DNA of 64,000 bases from an uncultured Verrucomicrobiae bacterium (GCA_963782115.1 CAWAIK010000005.1:32001-96000), one strand, 5' to 3'. Shown: positions 41,174 through 52,530, counted from the stretch's first letter. Notes: a model not told the origin generated them from the sequence alone. Translations and numbers: made by a program.

Positions 41174-43246
41174 TTACCGCTTGTACCGGACAAGGCGAAC
41201 ACCGTAGGGCAGGATTTCCGTGCGATTCCCTAGTTTTTGCTCTTCTAAGAGGTCAAAGGGTGGCTCTTTAAATGTTACCGGCTGAACTTTAGAGGTAAAA
41301 TTCAAAAGAAAGCAGAACTGCTCAGTCTCATTGGACCGTATCATGGTCTGAACCTCGGGAGGAATTTCAGCCCAGGCCGCGAGCGGGTCTTGAAGTTCCA
41401 GGACGTCTAGCAACGCGGTAACGTTCTGGGGCGTGAAAAAGCTGCCAAAATGGATGACTCGGCCCCGACCTTTTTGGTGCAGAGTCACAGCGGGTCGACC
41501 CGCATAATAGTCCGACGCATAGGATGCGAGGACGCGGACGTCGTTCCGCGTGCCTTCGAGCACTTCGTTAAAAACTGGCGCTTCAAATAAACGATCTGAA
41601 TGGCCGAAGCGAATATTGCTGCTTTCTCCCGGTGCCACCACCGTGAAGTCGGCCACCCGCGCCCCAACCAAGCTTTCGTAAAAGGCTTTCCCGGCCACGT
41701 CGTAACACCAATGGTTGCGGTCCCGATAACCGCTCCAGCAACCAAAGACCAGCGTACCACCTCCTTCCACGTAGACCTGCAAATCCCGTAAGTCTGCGGC
41801 CGTAAGCACGTGCGCATGCGGAAAGAAAACGATTTGGTAATGGGCCAAGTCATCGGGCTCATCAATGGTCGACAATGGCCGCATGTCGACCGAGAAATGT
41901 CGCTCGGACAAGGCCTGGAACACGCTGAGCTCATTGCTTTCGCGGTGTTTGCCAGTGACCCGCTCGATACGAGCATGCGATTCGTTGTCGAAGTTGTATA
42001 AAATCGCTGCGGTCGAAACGCAGTGGGTGCCGGTCAACGAACCTGACAGGCGTTTGATTTCCTCCCCGAGCCGTTTGGCTTCCTCCAACCTCCACAAATT
42101 GCGCTCATCGTGGTACAGGAGGCCATTCCAATGGGCTTCCGAACCGTAGGGCAACGAACGCCAGCGGAAAAAGAGAAGGCCGTCCGCCCCGTTGGCGATG
42201 GAGTTCCAGCACCAGAGCCGCATCTGTCCGGGTTTGGGTGTGGGGTGGAGGTAATCGGGGTTACCGTTCAGGACGCCCCCGATTTGGCCGCTTGGGCCCG
42301 ACTGCTGTTCCAGCACCATGAACTTGGGAGAAACCCCGCGCATTCTAGACAGGAACTTGGACTCAGAACGGTCGCGAAAACCCGCTGGCAGCGTGAAGTC
42401 GCATACCTTGAATTCCGGATAGGAATCGTATGAGACAAAGTCTACGGCCTCCTTTACGAACTTAGACAAATCCACACTTGTCATGGTTTGAAAGGCGTTG
42501 TGGGTGACGAACTGATGCGGCGCAATCCGCTTGATGATCTGACGTTGTGTCGCTCCAAACAGAATCGTCATGTCGGAGGTGAACCGGTAGAAGTCCAACA
42601 ATAGGCTCGGATTTTGATAGGTCACGGTTGGTCGAGGCAGCCAGACTTGGTCCCAGGCGGTATAGGTCTGGGACCAAAACGACGTGCCCCAAGCCTGGTT
42701 CAGGGCGTCGAGTGTTCCGTAGCGCTCCTGGCACCAGGCGCGGAAAGCATCGTGGTCACTCGGCGCAAAACTAACATCCAGATGGCAGTTAAGTTCGTTG
42801 TCAATCTGCCAGCCGATTACTGCCGGATGATTCTTGTAATGTTCGGCCAGCACCTCGGTAATGGCCTGTGATTTTTGGCGATAAACCGGTGATGTATAGT
42901 TGTAATGGCGTCGGGAACCATGCGTCAGGCGCGCTCCTTGAAAGCTCACGCGCGACACTTCCGGGTAATGTTCGGTTAGCCAGGCCGGCGGCGTGTAGGT
43001 AGGCGTCCCCATGATCGCTTTGAGCCCGTTTTTCTGGCAAAGCTCAAGCGCACGGTCGAACAAGGCAAAGTCATAGCGGCCTTCTTCGGGTTCCCAGACG
43101 CTCCAAGCCCCTTCCCCCATTCGGACTACGTTCATGCCCGTGTCGGCGATGCGCGCAAGGTCGGACTCCCACCGGGGTTCGGGCCATTGTTCTGGGTAGT
43201 AAACGACCCCGTAGAGAAACGAATCGTAGGAATAGCTCTTGTTCAT
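41174..43246 (-). CDS. Beta-galactosidase, GH42
   Basis: YYPEQWP, EPEEGRYDF, WQIDNE and FMVLEQQ motifs; trimerisation domain. Confidence 0.95.
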   Translation of the reverse strand: MNKSYSYDSFLYGVVYYPEQWPEPRWESDLARIADTGMNVVRMGEGAWSVWEPEEGRYDFALFDRALELCQKNGLKAIMGTPTYTPPAWLTEHYPEVSRVSFQGARLTHGSRRHYNYTSPVYRQKSQAITEVLAEHYKNHPAVIGWQIDNELNCHLDVSFAPSDHDAFRAWCQERYGTLDALNQAWGTSFWSQTYTAWDQVWLPRPTVTYQNPSLLLDFYRFTSDMTILFGATQRQIIKRIAPHQFVTHNAFQTMTSVDLSKFVKEAVDFVSYDSYPEFKVCDFTLPAGFRDRSESKFLSRMRGVSPKFMVLEQQSGPSGQIGGVLNGNPDYLHPTPKPGQMRLWCWNSIANGADGLLFFRWRSLPYGSEAHWNGLLYHDERNLWRLEEAKRLGEEIKRLSGSLTGTHCVSTAAILYNFDNESHARIERVTGKHRESNELSVFQALSERHFSVDMRPLSTIDEPDDLAHYQIVFFPHAHVLTAADLRDLQVYVEGGGTLVFGCWSGYRDRNHWCYDVAGKAFYESLVGARVADFTVVAPGESSNIRFGHSDRLFEAPVFNEVLEGTRNDVRVLASYASDYYAGRPAVTLHQKGRGRVIHFGSFFTPQNVTALLDVLELQDPLAAWAEIPPEVQTMIRSNETEQFCFLLNFTSKVQPVTFKEPPFDLLEEQKLGNRTEILPYGVRLVRYKR

Positions 43247-43339
43247 GGTTAAACTTTGCGACTTTTACGCCGGGCGGGTTGGGCCGTTACCGGCGAAGAC
43301 CTATCTTACTGGCTTCGGAATGGCCTTTGATCGTCGGGC

Positions 43340-44299
43340 TTAGCCTTTGGTAGCGCCCGCCGTTAAACCGCCCCGCCAATATTTGCCCAAAACGACGAAG
43401 GCGATCAGGAGAGGCAGCACGCTGATCAGTGAGCCCAAAGCGATGAGGTTATAAACCGGTCTACCACCCGCCGCGGAGCTCACGCTGTTCCAGACGTTAA
43501 GCCCTAACGTCAGTGGATAGAGGCTGTCCTGGCTCAAGACGATCAACGGCAGGAAGAAGTTGTTCCACGCCCCCACAAAACAAAGCAGGGCAACCGTCAC
43601 CAAACCGGTCTGCATCAGCGGCATGCCGATGCGCCAGAAAATCTGCCATTCGCTCGCCCCTTCCAGGCGTGAAGCTTCGATTAGTTCACTGGGAAAACCC
43701 GAATCCCAGAATGTCTTCATCAGGTAAAGACCGAAAGGGTTAACCAGGCTTGGCAGGATTACACCCCACATTGTATTAACCAGACCAACCTTGTTCAGCA
43801 GTAGAAACAATGGCAATACTAACGCAGTCGAAGGCACCATGATCGTACCCAGGATGAAGTTAAATAAAAGCTGCTTGTAGGGAAAATCGTACTTGGAAAA
43901 GGCGTAGCCGCCCATAGCGCAAATTAGTGTGCTCCCCAGCGTGATTGAGCCGGCGTAAACCAGCGAGTTGCCAAACCAGCGCAGGAAAATCCCATTCTGA
44001 TAAGTAAACAGGCCGGAGAGGTTCTCGAAAAAATGCATGGGAGCGGCGAACCATAAACCGAAGGTCGAGAAAATCTGACCGTTGTCCTTAGTCATCGCCG
44101 CAATGATCCAACTGGCGGGTAACAGGCAATAGAGCAGAAACGCTCCGAGCACTATGTTGCGCAATACCCCCGGGACGGGGGGACTGTCGGCATCTACTTG
44201 AGAGACAGCTGGCGGTGGCGCAATGACGTTCCCTGGGGGGCCGGCCGGCACAGTCGCGTCGCCGGGTTCAGCTGGGGCAGACGGTTGTTTGATGGCCAT
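43340..44299 (-). CDS. Carbohydrate ABC permease (CUT1, MalG-like)
   Basis: ELIEASRLEGA loop, WNNFFLP, C-terminal GATKG. Confidence 0.95.
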   Translation of the reverse strand: MAIKQPSAPAEPGDATVPAGPPGNVIAPPPAVSQVDADSPPVPGVLRNIVLGAFLLYCLLPASWIIAAMTKDNGQIFSTFGLWFAAPMHFFENLSGLFTYQNGIFLRWFGNSLVYAGSITLGSTLICAMGGYAFSKYDFPYKQLLFNFILGTIMVPSTALVLPLFLLLNKVGLVNTMWGVILPSLVNPFGLYLMKTFWDSGFPSELIEASRLEGASEWQIFWRIGMPLMQTGLVTVALLCFVGAWNNFFLPLIVLSQDSLYPLTLGLNVWNSVSSAAGGRPVYNLIALGSLISVLPLLIAFVVLGKYWRGGLTAGATKG

Positions 44300-44315
44300 A
44301 AGGGTTGTGAAGTTA

Positions 44316-45182
44316 CTACTTTGAACTGATCCGCCGTAAGAACGGGCCGCTGATCACAAAGATGAGAAGTGCCAACAGGATGGCTAAGGCTCCTGCGTAC
44401 GAGTAATTGGCGTCACGGGCGGCAGTCAGGTAGAGGTAAAGATTGGGGGTGATATTGTCGGCTACGTAGCCAAGCGGGCGCAGCACAAAGGCTTCGGTAA
44501 AGAGTTGAGAGGTTCCGATGACTGAGAAAATGAACAACAGCTTCAGCGTAGGCATCAGCAACGGGATCTTAATGGAACGCACAATGTCCCACGCAGTGGC
44601 GCCATCAACTTTCGCAGCTTCGTAGAGTTCTGTGGGGATGTTCTGCAAGGCCGCAAACAGCGTGATCATGTTGTAACCCGTCCAGGTCCAAGTCACGATA
44701 TTGGCGATCGAATAAAGCACCACTCCCGGTGACAGGAAATCGATCGCGCCCGCATGGAGCGCGCCCAAGACTTGATTAAAGGGTGAGAGGTTTGGCGAAT
44801 ACAGGTAACCCCAGATCAATGCGCCGATCGCTGAGGGGATACCGTACGGCATGAAGAAAGCGGTGCGGCAAATCTTCATGAAGATGCCACGCGACTCGGC
44901 CAGCAGCAGCGCCAGTATGATCGCCAATCCGAGCATAACGGGAACCTGTACGACCCCAAAAACAAACATGTTTTTGAGGCCGTTAAGGAAGTCTCCGTCT
45001 TGGACAGCCCGGAAGTAGTTCGCCAAGCCCCCAAACACTTCCTTGGCCGGCCCGATGCCGACCCGTTTACGGATGAAAAGGCTCAGGTAAATGGCGTAGA
45101 AGACCGGCGTCAGGTAGAAGGCGACAAACACCGTCAGAAAAGGCGCGAGGAACAACAAAGCGGTTTTGCGGTACTGGCGCAT
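44316..45182 (-). CDS. Carbohydrate ABC permease (CUT1, MalF-like)
   Basis: [20 protein letters not shown] loop. Confidence 0.95.
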   Translation of the reverse strand: MRQYRKTALLFLAPFLTVFVAFYLTPVFYAIYLSLFIRKRVGIGPAKEVFGGLANYFRAVQDGDFLNGLKNMFVFGVVQVPVMLGLAIILALLLAESRGIFMKICRTAFFMPYGIPSAIGALIWGYLYSPNLSPFNQVLGALHAGAIDFLSPGVVLYSIANIVTWTWTGYNMITLFAALQNIPTELYEAAKVDGATAWDIVRSIKIPLLMPTLKLLFIFSVIGTSQLFTEAFVLRPLGYVADNITPNLYLYLTAARDANYSYAGALAILLALLIFVISGPFLRRISSK

Positions 45183-45219
45183 GGCCGGGTAATCCTTTTC
45201 AATCGTTTTTATGCTGGGC

Positions 45220-46611
45220 TTATTTGGCTATGACTTCGTAGCCATCGCCTTTGGCGTTCTTCAGGGACTCGCTCTGCCAAGCGTCGAGGGCTTGTTTGGG
45301 AGTGGCCTTGCCGCCAAGTAACGCCTCAATCTGCTTGTTGTAGTTGTCGTTCACAAAGGCGAACCAGGGGCTCCAAGCAAAATCGGCGTTAACCGCCTTC
45401 GAGGCCGCGGAGTAAACGTCGGCGACGTTTTGTCCTCCGCAAAACTTGCTCGGATTTTTGTCGGGTTGGTTAAGGTCGGGCGAAGCAAGACCGGCAACTG
45501 CTGCGGGAAAGATCCCGTAGCTGTTCCAGTTGCTCATGACGGGTCCTTTGGCGGTGTTTAACCAAACGGAAAAAAGGACGGCGGCTTTCAAGTGCTTTGA
45601 CTGCTTTGGCACGACGTTGCAACTACCGCCCCAGTTACCACTGTGGAACGGCTGATCCTTTGCCCACTGCGGCAGTGGAGCGACTTGCCATTCGCCAGAG
45701 GTTTTGTCATTCAGGGATGCGGCCAGCACTCCCGGACCCCATGCCGCCTCAATCGAGCTGGCGATCTGGCCCGAGCCGATTGCGCTGTAGAATTCCGCGG
45801 TGAAGCCCGGTATCGTCGACACGAGCTTTTTCTTTATCAAACCGTCCCAGTAGGTGAGCACCTTTTCACATGCAGGCTGGTTGAGTGATTGTACCCAAGA
45901 GTCTCCTTGCGTCTTGAACAGTTCGGCACCATTGGCCCAGGCCATGCTGATGAACCAGGGGGCGTGTGTTGGAAAGAAGTTGCATAGCTTGACCTTGCCG
46001 GCACTGGCTTGGGCCAGCTTTTCGGCCTGCTGGGTGAACTCGTCCCAAGTCGCGGGCACCGTGAGGCCGTACTGATCGAAAATCTTTTTGTTGTAAAGCA
46101 AAGCCATGGGCCCGGTGTCCTGCGGGATGCCGTAGACGGCTTTGCCGTCGGGAGAAACCTGCCCCCAGGTCCACGGGACAAAGTAATCTTTCAGTCCATT
46201 GGCACCGTATTTGGAGAGGTCAGCCAACCCGTCGGTCACTATAAAGGACGGCAAAAACATGTATTCGATCTGGGCGACGTCCGGTCCGCCGGAGCCGGCT
46301 TTGAGCGCAGTTTGCAGCTTCTGATATTCTGCTGGCCCACCACCGACGTTGTTGACGTGCACTTTGATGTCGGGATAGGCCTGCTCAAAGAGCTTGGCGG
46401 CCTTGTCTAGCCCGCCCACCCAAGACCAGACCTCCAAGGTGGTCGGCCCGCTTTCGGCTGGGAACTTGCTGTAGTCGGGCTGCTTGAAGTTTTCTTGGGC
46501 GCTTGCTGATAAAACCGGCGACCCAACCAACGCACCGGCCAGCAAGGCAACGCTGACGTGGTGAAAAGAACCGAAACGGGAAAACGAACGGGGTACGATG
46601 AAGTGTCTCAT
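45220..46611 (-). CDS. Carbohydrate ABC substrate-binding protein
   Basis: Signal peptide ending [21 protein letters not shown] and [11 protein letters not shown] 46611 is preferred because the longer ORF overlaps the operators and the lacI-family gene. Confidence 0.93.
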   Translation of the reverse strand: MRHFIVPRSFSRFGSFHHVSVALLAGALVGSPVLSASAQENFKQPDYSKFPAESGPTTLEVWSWVGGLDKAAKLFEQAYPDIKVHVNNVGGGPAEYQKLQTALKAGSGGPDVAQIEYMFLPSFIVTDGLADLSKYGANGLKDYFVPWTWGQVSPDGKAVYGIPQDTGPMALLYNKKIFDQYGLTVPATWDEFTQQAEKLAQASAGKVKLCNFFPTHAPWFISMAWANGAELFKTQGDSWVQSLNQPACEKVLTYWDGLIKKKLVSTIPGFTAEFYSAIGSGQIASSIEAAWGPGVLAASLNDKTSGEWQVAPLPQWAKDQPFHSGNWGGSCNVVPKQSKHLKAAVLFSVWLNTAKGPVMSNWNSYGIFPAAVAGLASPDLNQPDKNPSKFCGGQNVADVYSAASKAVNADFAWSPWFAFVNDNYNKQIEALLGGKATPKQALDAWQSESLKNAKGDGYEVIAK

Positions 46612-46634
46612 AAAGGGAGGAAAAAACCCACACC

Positions 46635-46701
46635 ATTGTGGGCGTTCACAATCCAATACGAAAATGCGAACATAGCAAGTATTCTTTTGTGAGGGCTCAC
46701 A
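46635..46701. promoter_or_regulatory. Two lacO-like operators
   Basis: ATTGTGGGCGTTCACAAT (46635-46652) and TTGTGAGGGCTCACA (46687-46701), compared with symmetric lacO TTGTGAGCGCTCACAA. Confidence 0.8.
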
Positions 46702-46753
46702 TTTTTTTAGTGAACCCAAGCTCCAGCCGTTGTTAAGTGACAAGGGTATTTTA

Positions 46754-47773
46754 ATGGATAAGTACTTTCAGCCACGTAGCGCGACGCTCAACGATGTCGG
46801 CGCACTTAGCGGCGTTTCGTATCAGACCGTTTCCCGTGTCGTTAACGAAAGTCCGCTGGTCGCCGAGAAAACCCGAGCTCGAGTCTTGAAAGCGATCGCC
46901 GAACTGGGTTACCGGCCTAATCAAGCGGCGCGACGCCTGGCGACCCGGAGCTCAAGAGTGATAGGGATGGTGGGAAGCCACATCACCTACTATGGTCCCG
47001 CACAAGTTATGTTGAGCGTCGAAGAAACGGCTAAACGACAGGGCTACAATCTCATGTTTGCCGGTGTAGAGAGTGCGAGTAAAGTCCAGGTAACGGGCGC
47101 TATTGACGACTTATTCGAACATCAAGTGGATGGATTAGTGCTCGGAGTTCGCGTGGAGGGGGGAATGGATGAGATTCGCGATCTTTGCCGTGGAGTGCCT
47201 TTTGTGGCCCTCGACACTAACACCCCAGATGTACCTACTGTGATTGTGGATCAGCAATACGGGACGCGCCTTGCCATCCAGCATTTGCTCGATTTGGGCC
47301 ACAAGCAGATCGCCTGTATCACCGGACCATCGCGTTGGTCTGCATCCAAAGAACGCCGAAAGGGTTGGGCAAAGGCCCTCAAACACGCAGGCTTGGCGCT
47401 CGGCCCTTGCGTCGAAGGCGATTGGAGCGCAGCGAGCGGGTTCGCAGCCGCAGCTCAACTGCTGGAACGCGGGCCGCGACGGTTCACCGCGATCGTAACG
47501 GCTAACGACCATATGGCATTGGGCGTTCTTCGGGCCTTGCACGCCAAGGGTATCCGGGTGCCCGAAGACATTTCTGTTGTCGGCTACGATGACCTTCCAG
47601 AGTCACCATTTTTCGAACCGCCCCTGACCACTATTCACCATGATTTCGCTCGGCAAGGCGAACGGTGTGTGGAAGTACTTTTGAGTATGATCAAACGGCA
47701 ACCCTTTGAGCCAATGATTCAGCTCTTGCGTCCAGAGCTCGTGATTCGCGAGAGCACGGCGCAACCTAATTAG
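46754..47773 (+). CDS. LacI-family repressor
   Basis: TLNDVGALSGVSYQTVSRVVN HTH, YRPNQAARRL hinge, VPEDISVVGYDD. Confidence 0.96.
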   Translation: MDKYFQPRSATLNDVGALSGVSYQTVSRVVNESPLVAEKTRARVLKAIAELGYRPNQAARRLATRSSRVIGMVGSHITYYGPAQVMLSVEETAKRQGYNLMFAGVESASKVQVTGAIDDLFEHQVDGLVLGVRVEGGMDEIRDLCRGVPFVALDTNTPDVPTVIVDQQYGTRLAIQHLLDLGHKQIACITGPSRWSASKERRKGWAKALKHAGLALGPCVEGDWSAASGFAAAAQLLERGPRRFTAIVTANDHMALGVLRALHAKGIRVPEDISVVGYDDLPESPFFEPPLTTIHHDFARQGERCVEVLLSMIKRQPFEPMIQLLRPELVIRESTAQPN

Positions 47774-47782
47774 AGGTTTCAT

Positions 47783-48178
47783 TCACTTGCGATATTGATC
47801 GTCGGTGACCTTTTCCATCCATTCGACGACCTTACCGTTGAGATTCTCCTGAATGGCGATGTGCGTCATGGCTGTGGTTGGCGTAGCACCATGCCAGTGT
47901 TTTTCGTCCGGGGGGAACCAGACCACATCTCCGGGATGGATCTCTTCAATCGGATCGCCTTCGCGCTGCACCCACCCGCAGCCAGCCGTGACAATCAGCG
48001 TCTGACCCAGAGGGTGGGTGTGCCATGCGGTTCGAGCGCCGGGCTCGAATGTGACACTGGCACCGGCCGCGCGGGCCGGAGTGTTTGCTTGGAACAAGGG
48101 ATCGATGCGCACCGCGCCGGTAAACCAATCGGCCGGTCCTTTGTTGGAAGGCTGTGAGCCACTTCGTTTGATGTCCAT
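47783..48178 (-). CDS. Cupin-2 protein, copy 1
   Basis: [25 protein letters not shown] and MTHIAIQE motifs. Confidence 0.93.
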   Translation of the reverse strand: MDIKRSGSQPSNKGPADWFTGAVRIDPLFQANTPARAAGASVTFEPGARTAWHTHPLGQTLIVTAGCGWVQREGDPIEEIHPGDVVWFPPDEKHWHGATPTTAMTHIAIQENLNGKVVEWMEKVTDDQYRK

Positions 48179-48219
48179 ATTTTGAATTCCGTCACTTAAG
48201 GCCTTTTCATTTGGTCATA

Positions 48220-48400
48220 CTATTTCCTAAACCCCTCGAACCCAAGCCAGTTCCGGCCTTGCCTTTTTCCCTGGTACGCGAGCTGGGCGACCAGCAGCAA
48301 GAAAGGCTCGATATATCGGGCGATCCGCAGGGCCAGCGTCATCGGATCGAAACCCACGTCGCGGATCAGCGCAGCGTCCACACCTTTGCCACTTTCATTC
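48220..48400 (-). pseudogene. NADP-dependent (F420-type) oxidoreductase C-terminal fragment
   Basis: LIRDVGFDP..LRIARYIEPFLLLVAQLAY, frameshifted. Confidence 0.6.
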
Positions 48401-48456
48401 CGAACGCTAGACTAATTATAATTATTAGGCTAGCGGTTTAACCGCGCTCGCGGATC

Positions 48457-48700
48457 ATGGAGCATTTTGATACGATAGGCGACGTGCACGGTCAGGCTGC
48501 TAAACTGGAGCGGTTGTTGCGTGCTTTCGGGTACGAGAAAGTTGGTGGTGTATATGGGTTAGCTGATCGCACAGCAGTTTTCGTCGGTGACTTGATCGAT
48601 CGAGGACCCGCAATCGGAGAAACACTCGAGATTGTGAAGGCGATGGTCGACGCCGGCAGCGGGGTCTGCGCTATGGGCAATCACGGCAACGCCGCGAGTA
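48457..48700 (+). pseudogene. Metallophosphoesterase N-terminal fragment
   Basis: IGDVHG, VGDLIDRGP and MGNH motifs, followed by unrelated sequence. Confidence 0.8.
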
Positions 48701-49103
48701 TTCGTTGGCAGAAATATACAACCCCGATGAAGGCGGTGTCAGGGAGATGTTGGCAGCCCACATCGGATTCTTTGCGGAGAATCGATAATCAATAGGGGCG
48801 CGGCAATGTTTCGGCTGCAGAAGAGTTTTTATTTTCCCATTAACTTATTACCCTCTTCGATCAAGCGCCTGATCTCGCGGTAGTCTTCTCTCGTCATTAT
48901 TCGGAGTTCATTGGCGATAGAGCAGTCGCCCAATCGTCCTTACAAGCGCGGGTCGACCGGCTCGCTCTCGAACGCCAGGACACCGAAGACGCATTCATGG
49001 ACCCGGCGCAACGGTTCCCGCCGGACAAAGCGTTCCAGGGCTTCGACGCTGAAGAAACTTGGTCAGCGGTTAGCTTACTTCATCAGGACGCCATTTAGGC
49101 AAC

Positions 49104-49189
49104 TAAGTAAGGCGTCCCGCCTTATTATACATCTGACTGAAGCTGGAAGAAGTTCGGGAGTAAGGCGAGACGCCTTACTTACTTCGGAG
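49104..49189. repeat. Inverted REP doublet downstream of the RAYT
   Basis: TAAGTAAGGCGTCCCGCCTTA (49104-49124) and the inverted GTAAGGCGAGACGCCTTACTTACTTCGGAG (49160-49189). Confidence 0.85.
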
Positions 49190-49199
49190 GCGAAGCCAG

Positions 49200-49724
49200 A
49201 TGCTTTGCGTTGTTACGAATGTAAGCCTCAAATTTTGCTAAGTGCTCTGCGCTCCGAACGATGTGATCGAAGCTTTCAGGGCGCCAGATGCGCTCCGACG
49301 AAATAAGCTTGCGGTTGAACTTATGTGCTGCTCAATTGATGTTCACCGATGGTTGCGACAATGGCGTGCACGTGATTAGACATCACGATAAATTCGCCGA
49401 GCTCGTAACGTTCCCCGTCAAAATGCCCCAGACTGGATTGCATGATAGCCTTGCAATCTGGGCGTGCCAAGATGCAGCTTCCGTAGCCAGCGATCTATCC
49501 TTTCAGTGAAACGCTGGTGAAATTCATCTTGCTGGCGGCAATTGTGCGGCTCTGGATTTAGATTTTTCCAGTGCTCTTTCTCGCGCCGCAGCCATTCCAA
49601 CTTGGCCTGTGGCAGAGAGTCCGCAAGGCCGGAAGGTGACAAAATATATTACGGATTCCTGCCGCCAATGCGGGAGTTTTCCTCGATGGATGGTCAAGGG
49701 GGCTTCAGGATTGAAAAATGCCAT
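49200..49724 (-). pseudogene. REP-associated tyrosine transposase (RAYT, IS200/Y1 HUH family), frameshifted
   Basis: RGKLPHWRQESVIYFVTFR-LADSLP...HFDGERYELGEFIVMSNHVHAIV, split over several frames. Confidence 0.85.
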
Positions 49725-49780
49725 ATAAATACCTGCAGTAAATGTGTTTTATATTCAAGGCGTTTTTAGGCGCTCCGAAG

Positions 49781-50528
49781 ATAGGGTAGGGACGCCGTGT
49801 GTCGGCGCCCCTCCCTCCGAACCGAACAGGCCGATTTCCGGCATTCGGCTCTCCAGTTGATAGTTATTCTCCAGAGGAGATCAGCCGACGCAACGATTGT
49901 TCTTTGAGGTTCGATCAAGTGTTGACTCCCGTTACCGAGGCGGCCAACAGACATTCAACGAGGGTCGAAGGTTCGCGTACTTGCTTTTGCTCTTCACCGG
50001 ACTGAGTCCATTGGACATTTGCGGTGCTGTTTTCCTTCGTTCTTTCGTTCAGCGTCTCCATCTTCCTGCCTTCCTTTGCTCCACGGGCATTACCCCGCTT
50101 CTGCGCTCCTACGAAGGCTCTGTCACCTTTCGGGCACGGTTCTTCGGACCCTCTGCCGGTCATGAACGCCGTTCCTCTGCCGAATCGTGATCCCTGATTC
50201 ATGTCGCTCCAACTTCCGACCATTCTATCTCCACCCACCCCATGCACTCCTGGCCCTACGCTCACTTCTCGCCGCAGGTCAGGTCGCGGAGTTACCGTTC
50301 TTTCCCTTTCCGGGCGGCTTCCGTTCTGGGCTTCGCCTTTACTTAGCAGGCTCGCCAATGCATCAGGCCGTATCGAGTTCATCATTTTGTTAATTATGGA
50401 CTGGTCGTTCGCTTCGGGTTGCTCCCCACCCCGCCTCTCGGCGACGCAGTTTCCTTCAGCTACGGACAGCCAGTGCTCCGTCCGATGGGGACTTCCACCC
50501 CACTGTTGGTGCGCACTCTCAGGCGCAC
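49781..50528 (-). ncRNA. Group II intron with RT ORF deleted (748 nt)
   Basis: 5' GTGCGCC; domain V GAGCCGAATGCCGGAAATCGGCCTGTTCGGTTC with AGC triad (49819-49851); domain VI ending CCCTACCCTAT. Only short RT-like N/C remnants at about 49860-50020, and no YADD motif. Confidence 0.92.
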
Positions 50529-50550
50529 TAAGTAAGGCGTCCCGCCTTAC
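50529..50550. repeat. REP upstream of the RAYT (intron target)
   Basis: TAAGTAAGGCGTCCCGCCTTAC; the remainder (CTCCGAAG on +) lies at 49773-49780. Confidence 0.85.
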
Positions 50551-50711
50551 CCTCTGTAGTCTCCAGCGTTCAGCTGGATAATCTTTCTTTCGGAATTTTG
50601 GCCTGGGCTTCACGGTTAATTATTACGCAACCTCAATGGACGCATAGCCGGCGACACGCCCGTTACCGGCGACTGTAGAGAAATCCCGCCGCAGGTCTCA
50701 AGGCCAGTGTT

Positions 50712-52262
50712 TCACTCCCCCCTTCTACCACCTGCCATTTCGAGCCAGTCTAATTCCTCTTCCACCCGATGAAAGGCATCGTCGCCGATCTCGTTGTTGG
50801 CGCGCATGGCGAGGACGGCTTGCCGGGCCGCCCGGAGTGCTCCACTAAGCAGTTCGCTGTGTGCGGAGCGCGTGGCGTCGCCTGCGTCAGCATCCGGTCG
50901 TTCGTATGCCAGACGTGCGGTGAACTCCTGCCGGACGACCTGTGCGATCGGGGATCGGTCACGCGCGAAGCTCGCAAGGCCCGCGCGCAACGCGCGTTCA
51001 CGCGCCGCGCTCACTTCGCGGCCGACAGGATCATCGTCATGCAAATCGAGCGCGCGTAAGAGAGGCTTGAGCGTCAGTCCTTGGATCGCCAGCGTGCCGA
51101 GGACGACAGAGAACGCGGTCAGCACGATCAGGTCGCGATACGGAAATGCCGATGGGAGCGCCATGGCCGCAGCCAGAGAGACAATGCCCCGCATGCCGGC
51201 CCACGAAATAATCAAGCCGCTCCCGATGGTCGGCCGCAGCATAGGCCGCGGCGGATGAAAACCGAACCGGCGGTGTCGCCACCTGAGGACTGCATTGAAG
51301 GACATGTGCCAAGCGAAGCGCACAATGATCAGGGTCGGCAGGACGGCGCCGGCAACGGCGAAGTATCGCCCCCGATCCGCTGCTGCCAGGCCCTCGAGAA
51401 TGGGCCGAACCTGCAGGCCGATGAAGATGAAGGCCAGGATGTTCAGCGCGAACACGACTGTCTCCCACACGGCATAGGTCGGTATCCGTGTCCGCGCGGG
51501 AGTCCGCTCAGGCGCCGTCCGCGCCACCGTCATGGCGTAGCATACCATCGTCAACACCCCTGAGAGCCCAACGCGATCGGCGAGCATCCACACGCCGAAC
51601 GTGCTGACGAACTGAAGAATGATGGCGGTCGGCACGTGCTGCACACGTTCCATCAACCGGAGGACGAGCCACCCGAGCGCCGGCCCTACGACCAGGCTGC
51701 CGGCCACCGCGAGTAAAAAGGTTGGCGCAACGGCCGCCATGGAGAAGCCGTTGGCCGCGACGGTTCCAACGGCGAGCCGGTAGATCAGGAGGGCACTGGC
51801 GTCATTCAAGAGGCTTTCGCCTTCGAGGATGGTCAGGATGCGATGGGGCGGTCGCAACGGGCGGATCACGGCCGTGGCCGCGACCGCGTCGGGTGGGGCC
51901 ACGACCGCGCCGAGCGCAATCGCCGCTGCCCAGGGCATCGTCGGTAGGAGCGCGTGGGCGACGACGGCGACCGCGGCGGTCGTGAGGCCGACCGCGAAGA
52001 CGACCAAGCCGGTCACCGGCGCCCAATTGTCCCTGAGATCTCTGAGCGACGCATCGTAAGCCGCATCGAGCAGTACGGGCGCGACGAAGAGCGCCAGCGC
52101 AAGCTCGGGAGGGACGCTGAACGAGGGCGCGCCCGGAAGAAACGCCAGCAGCGCGCCGCCGAGCGCCAGGAATACCGGGTAAGGTGCTCCGACGCGGCGT
52201 GCCGCGGCCGCCAGGACCACGGCCGCGACGAACAGTCCAAGGAGTTGTTCGAGTTCCCTCAT
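50712..52262 (-). CDS. Na+/H+ antiporter, CPA1 family (YjcE-like)
   Basis: VAPPDAVA, LEGESLLNDA, WAGMRGIVSLAAA and QGLTL motifs. Confidence 0.94.
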   Translation of the reverse strand: MRELEQLLGLFVAAVVLAAAARRVGAPYPVFLALGGALLAFLPGAPSFSVPPELALALFVAPVLLDAAYDASLRDLRDNWAPVTGLVVFAVGLTTAAVAVVAHALLPTMPWAAAIALGAVVAPPDAVAATAVIRPLRPPHRILTILEGESLLNDASALLIYRLAVGTVAANGFSMAAVAPTFLLAVAGSLVVGPALGWLVLRLMERVQHVPTAIILQFVSTFGVWMLADRVGLSGVLTMVCYAMTVARTAPERTPARTRIPTYAVWETVVFALNILAFIFIGLQVRPILEGLAAADRGRYFAVAGAVLPTLIIVRFAWHMSFNAVLRWRHRRFGFHPPRPMLRPTIGSGLIISWAGMRGIVSLAAAMALPSAFPYRDLIVLTAFSVVLGTLAIQGLTLKPLLRALDLHDDDPVGREVSAARERALRAGLASFARDRSPIAQVVRQEFTARLAYERPDADAGDATRSAHSELLSGALRAARQAVLAMRANNEIGDDAFHRVEEELDWLEMAGGRRGE

Positions 52263-52530
52263 AGGACCCGAGGTTGGCGATTCAAGGTCCTAGAAGCCCT
52301 CCCAACTTCGGCGAGGGGCTGACCTTGGAACGGTACGATCCCAAGGGGAGCCTAGCACTCCTGCCGAATCTCCCGCTCTCCGCTACGCTAAAAATGCTCT
52401 GCATTACGATTGGCAGCTCGTATTGGGCCTGGTGGTGTATTACAAGGCAAAGTGTGAATGTTGTCCATAGCAGGGTATCAAGCCATTGAGCTTGTTCGTG
52501 GCCGACTGTTGGGCGAAAGGGAGGCATGTT

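Noticed and set aside
49095..49103. Relic of a second intron 5' end at the downstream REP (GTTGCCT versus GTGCGCCT)
   Set aside because: The similarity is too short and no further intron sequence follows.
49915..50613. 232-aa ORF as an intron-encoded protein
   Set aside because: It reads through intron RNA domains and the REP and has no RT motifs; only its last residues resemble an RT N-terminus.
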